IMG/VR virus record: IMGVR_UViG_3300033273_000613
Span: 7,689-71,688 of that record
Source of the DNA: a virus
Direction: 5' to 3' (one strand)
DNA: 64,000 nucleotides
The position numbers were made by a program, and so were the translations under genes. The notes beneath the pieces are model-generated. The model saw nothing but the letters and a program-made list of their open reading frames with translations, did not search any database and was not told the DNA's origin. Shown here piece after piece: positions 19,301 through 26,844 of this stretch. Each line of letters starts with the position of its first letter. Within the stretch, counting starts at the first letter, position 1.

Positions 19301-20341
19301 TAATTTAAAGTAGATATCAGACTTTTCACCTGTACAACATTTGACGGCTGAAAAATAGAAATAATCCCTACAAGGGTACCTTTTCCTACAAGATTTACAG
19401 CTAGCATATACACCATTATTAGTTATTGTTGGATATGTACTTATTTCATATTGTGCAAATAGTTCTATTATATTGTAACATGTATTATTATAGGAAACAC
19501 TCAATGGATTGAAATCAGTACTAGTAACCTGAACATTAAAATAATGTACTTGATTAGTTGTGCCGCAACATTCCGTAGCCTTGTAAACAAATGTACAGGG
19601 ATTACGTTTTAGGCAAGATCGACAACTGACGGCAAAATCAGTTTGATCTATATAAATGTAACCTGGAGTCTCGAGTGGTGATATTTTTTCGATAACTTCC
19701 CAACAACTACCACCGTTACTAAAAATTTGATTACTTTCTGCTGGCGATGCGATATTGAAATATAGAGTGGTTTTATGATCACAACATAATCTAGCAAGGA
19801 CAGTATAATAATCATCAGGACAAGGACTAAATGCTAAACATGATTCGATGTTTTCATAAGCAGAATTTATAAATGGATGACGATAATCCATATCCAATGG
19901 ACCCGCCGATTTCAACCAGCACTTGTCATCATAAGAAACGTAATTACCATAAAGATTTGAAGGTATGTTTAAAAATAAAGTTTCACTCTCACCTTCCAAT
20001 TGACAAATTGAATTGAATAAAAATAAATCATACTCCTGATTCAGTGGTGTTGGTGAAGGTGTTACATCTGGTCCTCTATTGGCGTTTCTTATTATCTCAT
20101 CTTGGTCATATACTACAATATTTTTAGAGATAACATTACCACAATCTGACTCATTACTTTTAATAAATAAAGTATATGGTGTACCCTGTGTAGAACCATC
20201 TAAATTAATACTTACACCATAAATAAGCTCATCTCGTGTAAAATTTTCACCAATTGGCACTGTTTCGGTAGACCCCGTAAATATATCAAACGGACCTACA
20301 GCGTTTGAAGATAAAGTTAACCTTACTATTATTTGTGCCAT
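13319..20341 (-). CDS. Giant mucin-like putative virion protein (2340 aa) with about 18 Cys modules and Thr-Pro linkers
   Basis: Repeated CC...C[YWF]...CxxC...C modules alternate with (TP[TS]x)n tracts. The N-terminus is paralogous to that of 20382..26150. No signal peptide. Confidence 0.85.
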   Translation of the reverse strand: MAQIIVRLTLSSNAVGPFDIFTGSTETVPIGENFTRDELIYGVSINLDGSTQGTPYTLFIKSNESDCGNVISKNIVVYDQDEIIRNANRGPDVTPSPTPLNQEYDLFLFNSICQLEGESETLFLNIPSNLYGNYVSYDDKCWLKSAGPLDMDYRHPFINSAYENIESCLAFSPCPDDYYTVLARLCCDHKTTLYFNIASPAESNQIFSNGGSCWEVIEKISPLETPGYIYIDQTDFAVSCRSCLKRNPCTFVYKATECCGTTNQVHYFNVQVTSTDFNPLSVSYNNTCYNIIELFAQYEISTYPTITNNGVYASCKSCRKRYPCRDYFYFSAVKCCTGEKSDIYFKLDVSENQLNNTFYFEYENECYYTFMNVPLPDTVFEGTVYPEIDNFYLNCNLCQAENPCTPTPTPTQTLTPTQEIVYKTVVAVKNCCYDVTEWIAVNVPTFLNPEIDKSIFFDGDCYSIQVIFDEEVNNQYPQITSIFEDCEYCTQFSPCGPPDPSQTPTVTNTPSITGTITQTPTVSVTNTLTPTNTPTQTKTPVVTQTPTITKTPQPTPTNSVTPNLTPTISSSNTPTPTATVTTTSTQTNTPTNTKTPPQTPSITPSQTATPTKTVTKTPAATPTSTIFYKCVAARSCCSGNPKILSVPSIFNYNDTVIFSGECFHNLSFLYDGPCNDGNYVDTEHFENCDVCIAENVCVTPTQTPTSTLTPTVTSSNTPTNTPTRSQTPTPTPTSSVDSGKLPAPTPSASADTRGVRVISCCTDFQGDADELLLRAPNDFTIGTVIRYQGECYTIIEITGNSYDLIDYESGEYVSYTACTACTDREPCPTLTPTPTTTLTPTQTVTKTPKATVTPSNTPTTSQTPTVTRTQTYYVWSASGCCNGDVKFVSAPFGSQVGDIVEVSSQCFTLTTQVTGYTGTSEIALSTNFDTCSECTDTNVCNTPTPTRTQTQTPTNTATNTPTNSVTPSITRTSTLKLVYAFPICFSGSPSYQLFGEVFYSATDPIIGNFGFYSNSCWEITYIFSDEFVPLGEVLGPVNFQFSSDSECLSAHPCLTPTPTPSVTSTVTPTATVSQTPTITKTNTPTSSQTPTPSLTRGLQSYVMRSCCYGDYTFFNGYTNFGLYLKPGRVYWNIEENNCYEVVEVIPYNSNYDTTIFGVYDDCETCTSAVVCLTPTPTPTNTETATPTPTTTTSIVLGKLVNVCDSNDVIYYNILNGSSGKTVSVEYDCYTITEVYSYDAPSLPTYYGLYYDTVVQCQNAHGVCPTNTPTNSPTTSVTPTNTPTSSQTTTPTPTNTSTTTQTPTNTPTNSQTVTPTISKSIDQTPDPTSTSTPTPSPSPSEGSTQTPTPTSTNTATPSNTPTNTPTPSITKTTFQTSTPTPTNTPTSTNTPTNTPTNTVTPTVTVTPNASLTPTPTLSPTPDFVQWVAYDECSLTYAGVNISSHLGLTTGDTVGFSAQCFTLFTYITDGYNSSYATGIYPCTFTGNTCISPTPTNSSTPTTTPTNTPTSSVTPSVTPTRTVTPTNTNTVTSTTTVTPSNTNSSTPVITPSTTATPGLTPTNTPSNSPTASITPTPTNVPFIPSVTPTTSLTNTPTPSKSMEWVIAALSGNCPPVNYVIGNVSQNSQVGDIVILDYPYLTYTVQRCFTILQIVPSIEPFNQLYASNTNFTGLTQCSENYPCPTPLISQTPTNTTTPTPSITSSLTPTVSPSTRFILTAFIKNCCLPDQTGLTYNDLYYFNVPESYYFADEYKVFYHDSDCYTQLPDPFFQFSGNSNSIYPYVIDSYDNCSQCYQLNNLTCDGVTPTPTASVTPTATPTKTITKTPFPTPTVTNSPTPSITRQDITPTPTSTPNLVKVQLSGICSGNIYSAVAQIPVNFGIVGVFSGECVTLVGINGGNGTELFTPQYFTGNTISDCLNDNVCFTPTPTTTPTLTPTKTLTRTPASTTAARYSYLYYLCVSCDDDTKYKYFNIVADFPVNGVVKDPDSSTCYKRVMQLESPRNNQAPSVNSWYTDCDVCYSSNRVIRPTVTPTPSVTVTKTPTSTPSFRLRLAKSCCTSEYTYVNASEYLPVGTIATGEAGCYELFESLAVGPFFGYEYVDQTNFNNCYTCTEQVSCYKSYVLFSCENNNYEIVNISGDLSVNDRIIYNLYCWWVIEEIPGEIPGYEYLDNVIKFEDCDSCNDYLPTYYQENMITPSSTPNQTPTPTLTPSMTPTQLTNVIPLTTSTTVGILFGDEGYRYSFNGGGYNSEYGVGLGVFTIKDVKADFAIAFYNRFTPGFTYSGQFERGLKDGIDGNEYLFVYGDVTINITQPFTTVNFESYYHGLAHIGDGIQFFNSFSSPEK
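16192..16293. repeat. 102-bp direct repeat, copy 1 (101/102 identical to 37791..37892)
   Basis: Direct base-by-base comparison; encodes TNTATPSNT[P/L][23 protein letters not shown]. Confidence 0.92.
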
Positions 20342-20345
20342 CGAA

Positions 20346-20353
20346 TATAAATA
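20346..20353 (-). promoter_or_regulatory. TATTTATA motif, candidate late promoter
   Basis: TATTTATA-N4-ATG(20341). Confidence 0.55.
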
Positions 20354-20381
20354 TTATCTAAAATGGATTATTTACTTAATA

Positions 20382-23300
20382 TTACAAATCAAAGTAATTT
20401 TTTAAATTGTTAACGTAATATTGAATTATTTGACCTTCATAGCTTGTAAATTTATTAGCAAAGTTTAATTCACAATCAGTAACTCTCACATTTTGAGTAC
20501 CTAAAGTATCACTTAATTTGTGATAATAATCTTTAGGTTTAGTCTCAAACAGACCATTTGTTGTTGTTATTGTGACACTTAGATTTGATATTATATAATA
20601 CCAACTACTTGGCGTATATGGTGACAATCTTTCAATTTCAAATTGAATACCAAATCCTTCTTGGTTATTATAATCGAATAATGCCAATCCACCGTTAGAA
20701 TTTGTGAGGTTTGTATTAACACTAATAGCCTGATTATTTACTAGACTATTTATACCGTTGGTGTATGCTAACCAACTATCACCATTTTGATTAACCGCAG
20801 AAACTCTTAGAATTGATAGGTCATCAGCAATAGTGTCATTATAACTCCCCTTAAGACTAAAAGAAAGGTTAATATTAGTTATCGATGAATTAGTAAATTG
20901 ATTATCTAATGCAAATTTTTGATAAATTATATTAGGTCTTTTATCATCCCCTGCAACACTCATGAAATTTTGATCGTATTGTGGGTCAAAAATGAAATCG
21001 TTAGATGTAGTGGTAGTGTTAATTAAATTAAGATTATATTTTAATCTATTTGGTTCCAAATAATTCTGATCGATAGGTCCTAATGTATTTCTAACAGAAC
21101 CACATGTGTACGTTCTAAATCTACGATAAGACATATAAGCTGCAGCACCTTCAGTCTCATCATAATACGACTGATAGTCACCACATCTTAAACATTCACT
21201 AAAACGTGGATTTGGTAAGTTATTATCTAATGAATTTAGTTCAAGTTCAGGATATAATGTTTTCCATCTTGATCCAGAACATAGGAAAGTATGGTGTAAT
21301 CCAAAAGTATGACCTAATTCGTGTACACAGACTTCATCTAATTCACTATATATTAATTGATTTACCGAACCAACATTTAATTCTAAGGTAAATCCTGGTA
21401 ATTCCGCGATCCCTAAAATAGGTGAACTAGTTCCCTGTGAATTTGAGATTATTATACCTTTATGGAAACCCGTTTCCATAATACCACCGTAATTGTCGAT
21501 AAAGTAACTATGGTATTCTATTCTATCTAAACCATCTAAATCTGGGTTGTCCGCAATAAATATTTCATACTCGACATCAAATAAGATTTCGTCAGTATTT
21601 TCGATGGCTTCAACGATTCTTTCACCACATTCCGTAGCTACTTGAAGTATCAAGTTCTCCGAAGCAAAACTTAGAATTTCTTGCGCTACGTCAATTCTAA
21701 TCTTTATTGTACCATCGAATATCTGATTTTCTTCTGGATCATCAACCCCACTTGGAATTGGTACTACTGGCGGATCAATATCATCATCCTGGTTATCATA
21801 GAAACAACCTAATGAATAACATTCGTATCCAAATTCATATAATTTGACAAAGTCATAGACAATTTTATCACCGTTAGAATAAAATTTATCTAGTAAATTT
21901 TCACCCTCATATGGGAATGTTTCTTTTATAGGTTGACCTCTCCACCAATCATGGTACACAAAAATTCCATTTTCATAAACATCATTGTAACCAACTACTT
22001 TATATTTTGTCTCCCAGTTTTTAACCTTTTCATTATTATATGAAAGAGCTCTGATCTGTGTAAATTCACCATAATCTGCAGGTTCTCCTTTTAATTTTTG
22101 ATACGTAGTACCTGAGACTATATCACCAATAGTAAAAATACCTAATGGACCAGTCTGAACTTGTTGTGTTCGATGATTATAGAAATCAGTCAACGGGTGG
22201 AAAACATAAATATTACCCGTAGTTAAACCACTTAGATACAAATATCCAAATCTTGAAACATCACATAGATTTTTATGTATCTCACACAAGAAATTTTCAT
22301 CACTTAAATCATCTAGCGATCCAATTCTATGAACATAATCCGGATATGATGCTAATTCATCTAAATGTTCCCAGTCTTGACCTTCACCTACACCGATTGC
22401 AATTATTTCCTGGTGATAAACATATGTGTCAAATAAACCATAAGTAGTATTAACAATATTTGTTGGATCTAAAGCATTTCCTAAATATCCTGCATATGGT
22501 GATTTCATACCTTCTACTATAAATCTTGTTTGGAACCAAATCCTTGATGGGTCGTTTTCAGTATTGTTTGTACCTAAAGGAGATTGATTATCATTCATTC
22601 CCCAATTTAGATGTTCAGGATTTGTTATTAGTATTACAAGCTTTTTCGCATTAGAAGCATTATTTTTCCAACCATAGCCTTGATTAAATCCCATAATAAA
22701 AGGTGTAGTGTTACCATAATCTTCCGTTGTTTGTCCACCTCCTTCGTCTAATGAAAAGTTAGATTGGTCACCACCCTTAGTATAATTTTGCAAACTAAAG
22801 AATCCTGCTAGTTGTTCATTAATCCTCATTAAACCAGCAGGTAAATTATTTCCATATCTATTTTTAGTTATTGGGTCAGTATTTTTTGTTAAATTTGTTC
22901 CTTCGTCCTCAATACCTATACCCCACTCTTCATATTGTACCTGTAAATCATCCATCTGTTGGAAAAAACTAAAATAAGATGTGACTGGACCAAAGAAATT
23001 CATCCACGATTGGAATTGGTGGTATAAATTTTCGTAAAATGTAACACCCGCAGTTCCATCATAGAAAGGTTTGAAAGGTAATAATCCTCCTTTGAAGTCC
23101 CTTGTAATATCAGTATAAGGTGGATGATTTCCAGTGTCATAATATGTACTCACATCACCGAAAAACTGAATCGTTTTTTGCCAATCTTCAATACTTGTTA
23201 AATTTTTGAAGTATTGTTTATTTATTGTGAATGGTTGGCTAAATTCGTTTGTAGTATCATAAGTGAAGAAAACTGACGTTCTATCCGGATCTGTAGCACC

Positions 23301-26150
23301 TGTAAATGGCGACTCTTTAGGCCCACAACAAACTGAGGATTGAAATCTGACATATGGTAATAATTGATCATAAATTGTAGGACATAAACAAGGATCAGAC
23401 CCACCACCATCATCACCATCACCATCTCCTGGTGGTGTCGTTTGTGGCGGACATTGTCCTCCACAATCAAATGTCGGTGTTGTAGATGGTGTCCTTGTTA
23501 AAGTTGGAGTTGGACATGTTGAAGATTCAGGATAATTCTGTTGACAATCAGGACATCCATTTTCATACTGAGGATCCATCATCGTATTTAATAAAGGTGA
23601 TCCGAATACATTTAATTCGACTATTTCCCAACATGCACCGTATTGTGTACCAACATATAAGTAATAATCTTCAAAAACAAATCCTTGACCCACCTGTGAA
23701 CCAATCGGTACCCAAAATCTTTTTGTATAGTTTTCATTACAACAACTTTTAGCTAGTACTTTTACTCTGTATGCGGTTCTTGTCGGTGTTTTGGTTATGG
23801 TTGGTGTTGGAGAGTATGTCGGTGTTATACTAGGAGTAATAGTCGGAGTTGCCGTTGGTGTTGTAGAACAAACACTTAATGGATTATCACAATTTGGGTC
23901 AATGTCACACTCACAATGTGAACACGGGATATCATATTGACTATCAGAATAAACCGTCAAAGTCGCATTTGTTAAATTATCAATTGAGAATACTCCTGGC
24001 GGGTTTGCCATATAGATTTCTTGTACAATAAAACAACTGGTATTATTAATGTTAATCACATCATTTATAGATACGTTTAACGATATATCAACATAACCAA
24101 AGTATGGACCTGCAAATGAACAACATTCAACATACTGTAATATTTTTCTTATGGGTGTTGGTGTTGGTGTGGGAGTTTTAGTTGGTGATGGCGGTATATA
24201 TACACATTCAGTATCTGTACATTCAACAATCTCCGCATTTGTAACAGAACCTATTAGTAGTGTTTCCTGTTGACCTGTGTTCTGGACACATGTGAAACAC
24301 AAATCATTAGTCGGTAAATTAAAAAATACTTCTTCAACTGAAGGGTTAGTGAATATATAAGTACTACCCACTAAAGTGTTAAATAGAGTACTTACACCAG
24401 GTATATTAAAATATTGTCCACTTGTACATCCAACAAAAGATGAACTTGAACAAACTGGATTCGCCTGATTTATACAGTTTTCACAATTAGTATCAGAATT
24501 TTCATTCATAAAAATTACTGAACTCGGAAAATAAATAATAGGACCAAACGCGAAAGGATAATTAATTTCTGTGATTTTATAACAAATATTGTTAATTACT
24601 ACCACCCAACCAAGTTGCGGTGAAACACCTGGATCAAATAACATTCTTTTGATAATTGCATCATTAAAATCACAACAATTAGTAAGAACACATTTAATCG
24701 GATTTACTGGTGAGTTTGTTGGTGTGAAAGTTGGTGTAACACTTTTTGTTGGTGTTATTGATGGTTCAGGTGTGGGTGTAGGTGTAACAGGTGTTGTTGT
24801 AGGAGTAGGAGTTACACTAGCGGTAGGACATATTACATGACCACCAGACATCGTATCTAAACAATCATCACAATCATCAAATGTTAGATCATAATTCAAT
24901 GGAGGATACCCATAATCCTGTTCAATAATAAATGTAACAATCCAACAATTTCCCCAAAGGAAAACTGCACTACCTAATGAAAGACCAGGAGGTCCGCTTC
25001 TTTGCAATACTTGATCATCAGCAGTTGATGGGCAACACAAATTTTTTATAACATATGTAAATGTAGGTGGAGGAGTACATAGACTACATTTCAAATATGG
25101 ATTCAATATATCAGTAACATTAATAGCATTAGCAGGTGTCTGTATATTAGTCTCCGCACTTATATAGTAACAATGCCCATTAGTATATGTAAATATATTA
25201 TTTCCTGGACCTAAAGGTGCTGTAGGATGTAGAGCAGATGATTCACAAGTTACAAATATTTCTTCAGGTGTAACACCTTCAAAACATGACTTTGCCTTAT
25301 AAAGTTCAGTACAAGGAATATATTTTCTACAATCCTTACAACCCTTGAAAAGAGTTGAATTTACAAATGGTACATTAGCGAAAGTTCCAGGTATTACTGA
25401 TACAATTACCCAACAACTTAAATCGTGGTTATCATCACCAAATGATATTGCATAACCTAAAACTGGTGGAATCCATTGTGGTGATGGAATACCAATATTC
25501 GTATTACTAATCCAGTAACTGAAGTTATAATTTACCGTTATGGTTGGGGCTGTAGGATCACAACAATTTCTTAAGTATACTCCGTAATAAAATGGTGGGG
25601 GGGCCTGTCTATTTTTTTCCGCTTCTGATATTATACTTCCTTGACATTCAACACAAGTCTCAAAAAATCCGTCACTAATATATTCAACTTTTGGATCAAC
25701 TTTTAATGGTCCGTTTTCTCTTAAATAACATTCATTATTATAAAGTATAACATTAGTAGACTCTAAACTTCTTTTTACATTAAAAAACTTTCTTTCAACC
25801 GTAGTACCTTCACTAAGACATTTTTTGTAAAGATACAGGTCATAATTTAGGTAAGGTGTTGCCGATGGTGTTGTCGGTATTCGTAGGTTTTCTCTAGATT
25901 CAGTCTCATCATCGTATATAACCACTTTTTTAGATATTGTTGGACTATCACAGGACTCCTTATCCTCTTTCACATATATTGTATACTCAATACCCTCTTC
26001 ACTACCTACTAGATCAACTTCTTTACCCGCCTGTAAATCAAATCGTGTGGTTGCAGAAATTATTGGGTCATTACTCATTGAGTCCACATATACATTAAAT
26101 GGACCTAAGGCATTCGAACCAATTGTTAATCTAAGTATTATTTTTCCCAT
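20382..26150 (-). CDS. Giant modular protein (1922 aa): Cys modules and TP linkers, vWA-like domain, C-terminal metzincin zinc metalloprotease
   Basis: HELGHTFGLHH (HExxHxxGxxH) at 21291-21323 with a Met-turn-like AYMSY. vWA-like KKLVILITN...IIAIGVG...DWEHLDELASYPDYVHRI. Cys modules fill the N-terminal half. Confidence 0.85.
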   Translation of the reverse strand: MGKIILRLTIGSNALGPFNVYVDSMSNDPIISATTRFDLQAGKEVDLVGSEEGIEYTIYVKEDKESCDSPTISKKVVIYDDETESRENLRIPTTPSATPYLNYDLYLYKKCLSEGTTVERKFFNVKRSLESTNVILYNNECYLRENGPLKVDPKVEYISDGFFETCVECQGSIISEAEKNRQAPPPFYYGVYLRNCCDPTAPTITVNYNFSYWISNTNIGIPSPQWIPPVLGYAISFGDDNHDLSCWVIVSVIPGTFANVPFVNSTLFKGCKDCRKYIPCTELYKAKSCFEGVTPEEIFVTCESSALHPTAPLGPGNNIFTYTNGHCYYISAETNIQTPANAINVTDILNPYLKCSLCTPPPTFTYVIKNLCCPSTADDQVLQRSGPPGLSLGSAVFLWGNCWIVTFIIEQDYGYPPLNYDLTFDDCDDCLDTMSGGHVICPTASVTPTPTTTPVTPTPTPEPSITPTKSVTPTFTPTNSPVNPIKCVLTNCCDFNDAIIKRMLFDPGVSPQLGWVVVINNICYKITEINYPFAFGPIIYFPSSVIFMNENSDTNCENCINQANPVCSSSSFVGCTSGQYFNIPGVSTLFNTLVGSTYIFTNPSVEEVFFNLPTNDLCFTCVQNTGQQETLLIGSVTNAEIVECTDTECVYIPPSPTKTPTPTPTPIRKILQYVECCSFAGPYFGYVDISLNVSINDVININNTSCFIVQEIYMANPPGVFSIDNLTNATLTVYSDSQYDIPCSHCECDIDPNCDNPLSVCSTTPTATPTITPSITPTYSPTPTITKTPTRTAYRVKVLAKSCCNENYTKRFWVPIGSQVGQGFVFEDYYLYVGTQYGACWEIVELNVFGSPLLNTMMDPQYENGCPDCQQNYPESSTCPTPTLTRTPSTTPTFDCGGQCPPQTTPPGDGDGDDGGGSDPCLCPTIYDQLLPYVRFQSSVCCGPKESPFTGATDPDRTSVFFTYDTTNEFSQPFTINKQYFKNLTSIEDWQKTIQFFGDVSTYYDTGNHPPYTDITRDFKGGLLPFKPFYDGTAGVTFYENLYHQFQSWMNFFGPVTSYFSFFQQMDDLQVQYEEWGIGIEDEGTNLTKNTDPITKNRYGNNLPAGLMRINEQLAGFFSLQNYTKGGDQSNFSLDEGGGQTTEDYGNTTPFIMGFNQGYGWKNNASNAKKLVILITNPEHLNWGMNDNQSPLGTNNTENDPSRIWFQTRFIVEGMKSPYAGYLGNALDPTNIVNTTYGLFDTYVYHQEIIAIGVGEGQDWEHLDELASYPDYVHRIGSLDDLSDENFLCEIHKNLCDVSRFGYLYLSGLTTGNIYVFHPLTDFYNHRTQQVQTGPLGIFTIGDIVSGTTYQKLKGEPADYGEFTQIRALSYNNEKVKNWETKYKVVGYNDVYENGIFVYHDWWRGQPIKETFPYEGENLLDKFYSNGDKIVYDFVKLYEFGYECYSLGCFYDNQDDDIDPPVVPIPSGVDDPEENQIFDGTIKIRIDVAQEILSFASENLILQVATECGERIVEAIENTDEILFDVEYEIFIADNPDLDGLDRIEYHSYFIDNYGGIMETGFHKGIIISNSQGTSSPILGIAELPGFTLELNVGSVNQLIYSELDEVCVHELGHTFGLHHTFLCSGSRWKTLYPELELNSLDNNLPNPRFSECLRCGDYQSYYDETEGAAAYMSYRRFRTYTCGSVRNTLGPIDQNYLEPNRLKYNLNLINTTTTSNDFIFDPQYDQNFMSVAGDDKRPNIIYQKFALDNQFTNSSITNINLSFSLKGSYNDTIADDLSILRVSAVNQNGDSWLAYTNGINSLVNNQAISVNTNLTNSNGGLALFDYNNQEGFGIQFEIERLSPYTPSSWYYIISNLSVTITTTNGLFETKPKDYYHKLSDTLGTQNVRVTDCELNFANKFTSYEGQIIQYYVNNLKNYFDL

Positions 26151-26153
26151 CTT

Positions 26154-26471
26154 TTAGTGGTCGTGTCCACACACTCTAAATTCACCCATACTAAATTCTC
26201 TAACCGTCTCTGGGTATACGATATTTATGTTTTCATTTAATTTACCTGAAAACCTGGCTTGTTGGTTTGTCTTACCAAATATATCATCATCTATTATATT
26301 AAAAGAAATTTCGGGTAATTTATAAGATCTTACTAGTTTATTTTTATTAGTTATCTCTTTATATGTAAAATTAATAGGTAATACATTTTCACCGTTGAAC
26401 TCTACTCGGTCAAATTCTTCTGAATCAATTATAAATTTAATTTTTTTGTTATTTTTTGTAATTTTTAACAT
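26154..26471 (-). CDS. Small hypothetical protein ending in FRVCGHDH
   Basis: 105-aa ORF packed between its neighbours with 3-nt gaps. Confidence 0.75.
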   Translation of the reverse strand: MLKITKNNKKIKFIIDSEEFDRVEFNGENVLPINFTYKEITNKNKLVRSYKLPEISFNIIDDDIFGKTNQQARFSGKLNENINIVYPETVREFSMGEFRVCGHDH

Positions 26472-26474
26472 AAT

Positions 26475-26834
26475 TTAAGCATTATCTATATATTGAGTTA
26501 TGACATTATATTCAGTCACTGGTGTGACTTGCTTTAGTTCCGTAAATTTACCTTCTAAACTACTAAAAGACTTACCATCAAATTCACCTGTTGAGTTTCC
26601 TTCATTATCGACGATAAAAGATGCACCTTTTTTCATGTAATCATAAAAATCACTTATTACATTAACATATAAAAATGAATATCCATTTTTTGTTTTATTT
26701 TTGAATGTACACTTTGTGTATTTTCCGTCAACAAAAATATTTCCGGCACCATCAGATTCTGATCCTACAAAAGAAACTTTTATATCATCTTCTTGTCTCC
26801 CTAGATTATTAAACCCTGTTGTAACGTTAACCAT
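26475..26834 (-). CDS. Small hypothetical protein
   Basis: 119-aa ORF tightly packed on the coding strand; no motif recognised. Confidence 0.75.
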   Translation of the reverse strand: MVNVTTGFNNLGRQEDDIKVSFVGSESDGAGNIFVDGKYTKCTFKNKTKNGYSFLYVNVISDFYDYMKKGASFIVDNEGNSTGEFDGKSFSSLEGKFTELKQVTPVTEYNVITQYIDNA

Positions 26835-26844
26835 TTTTATAAAC

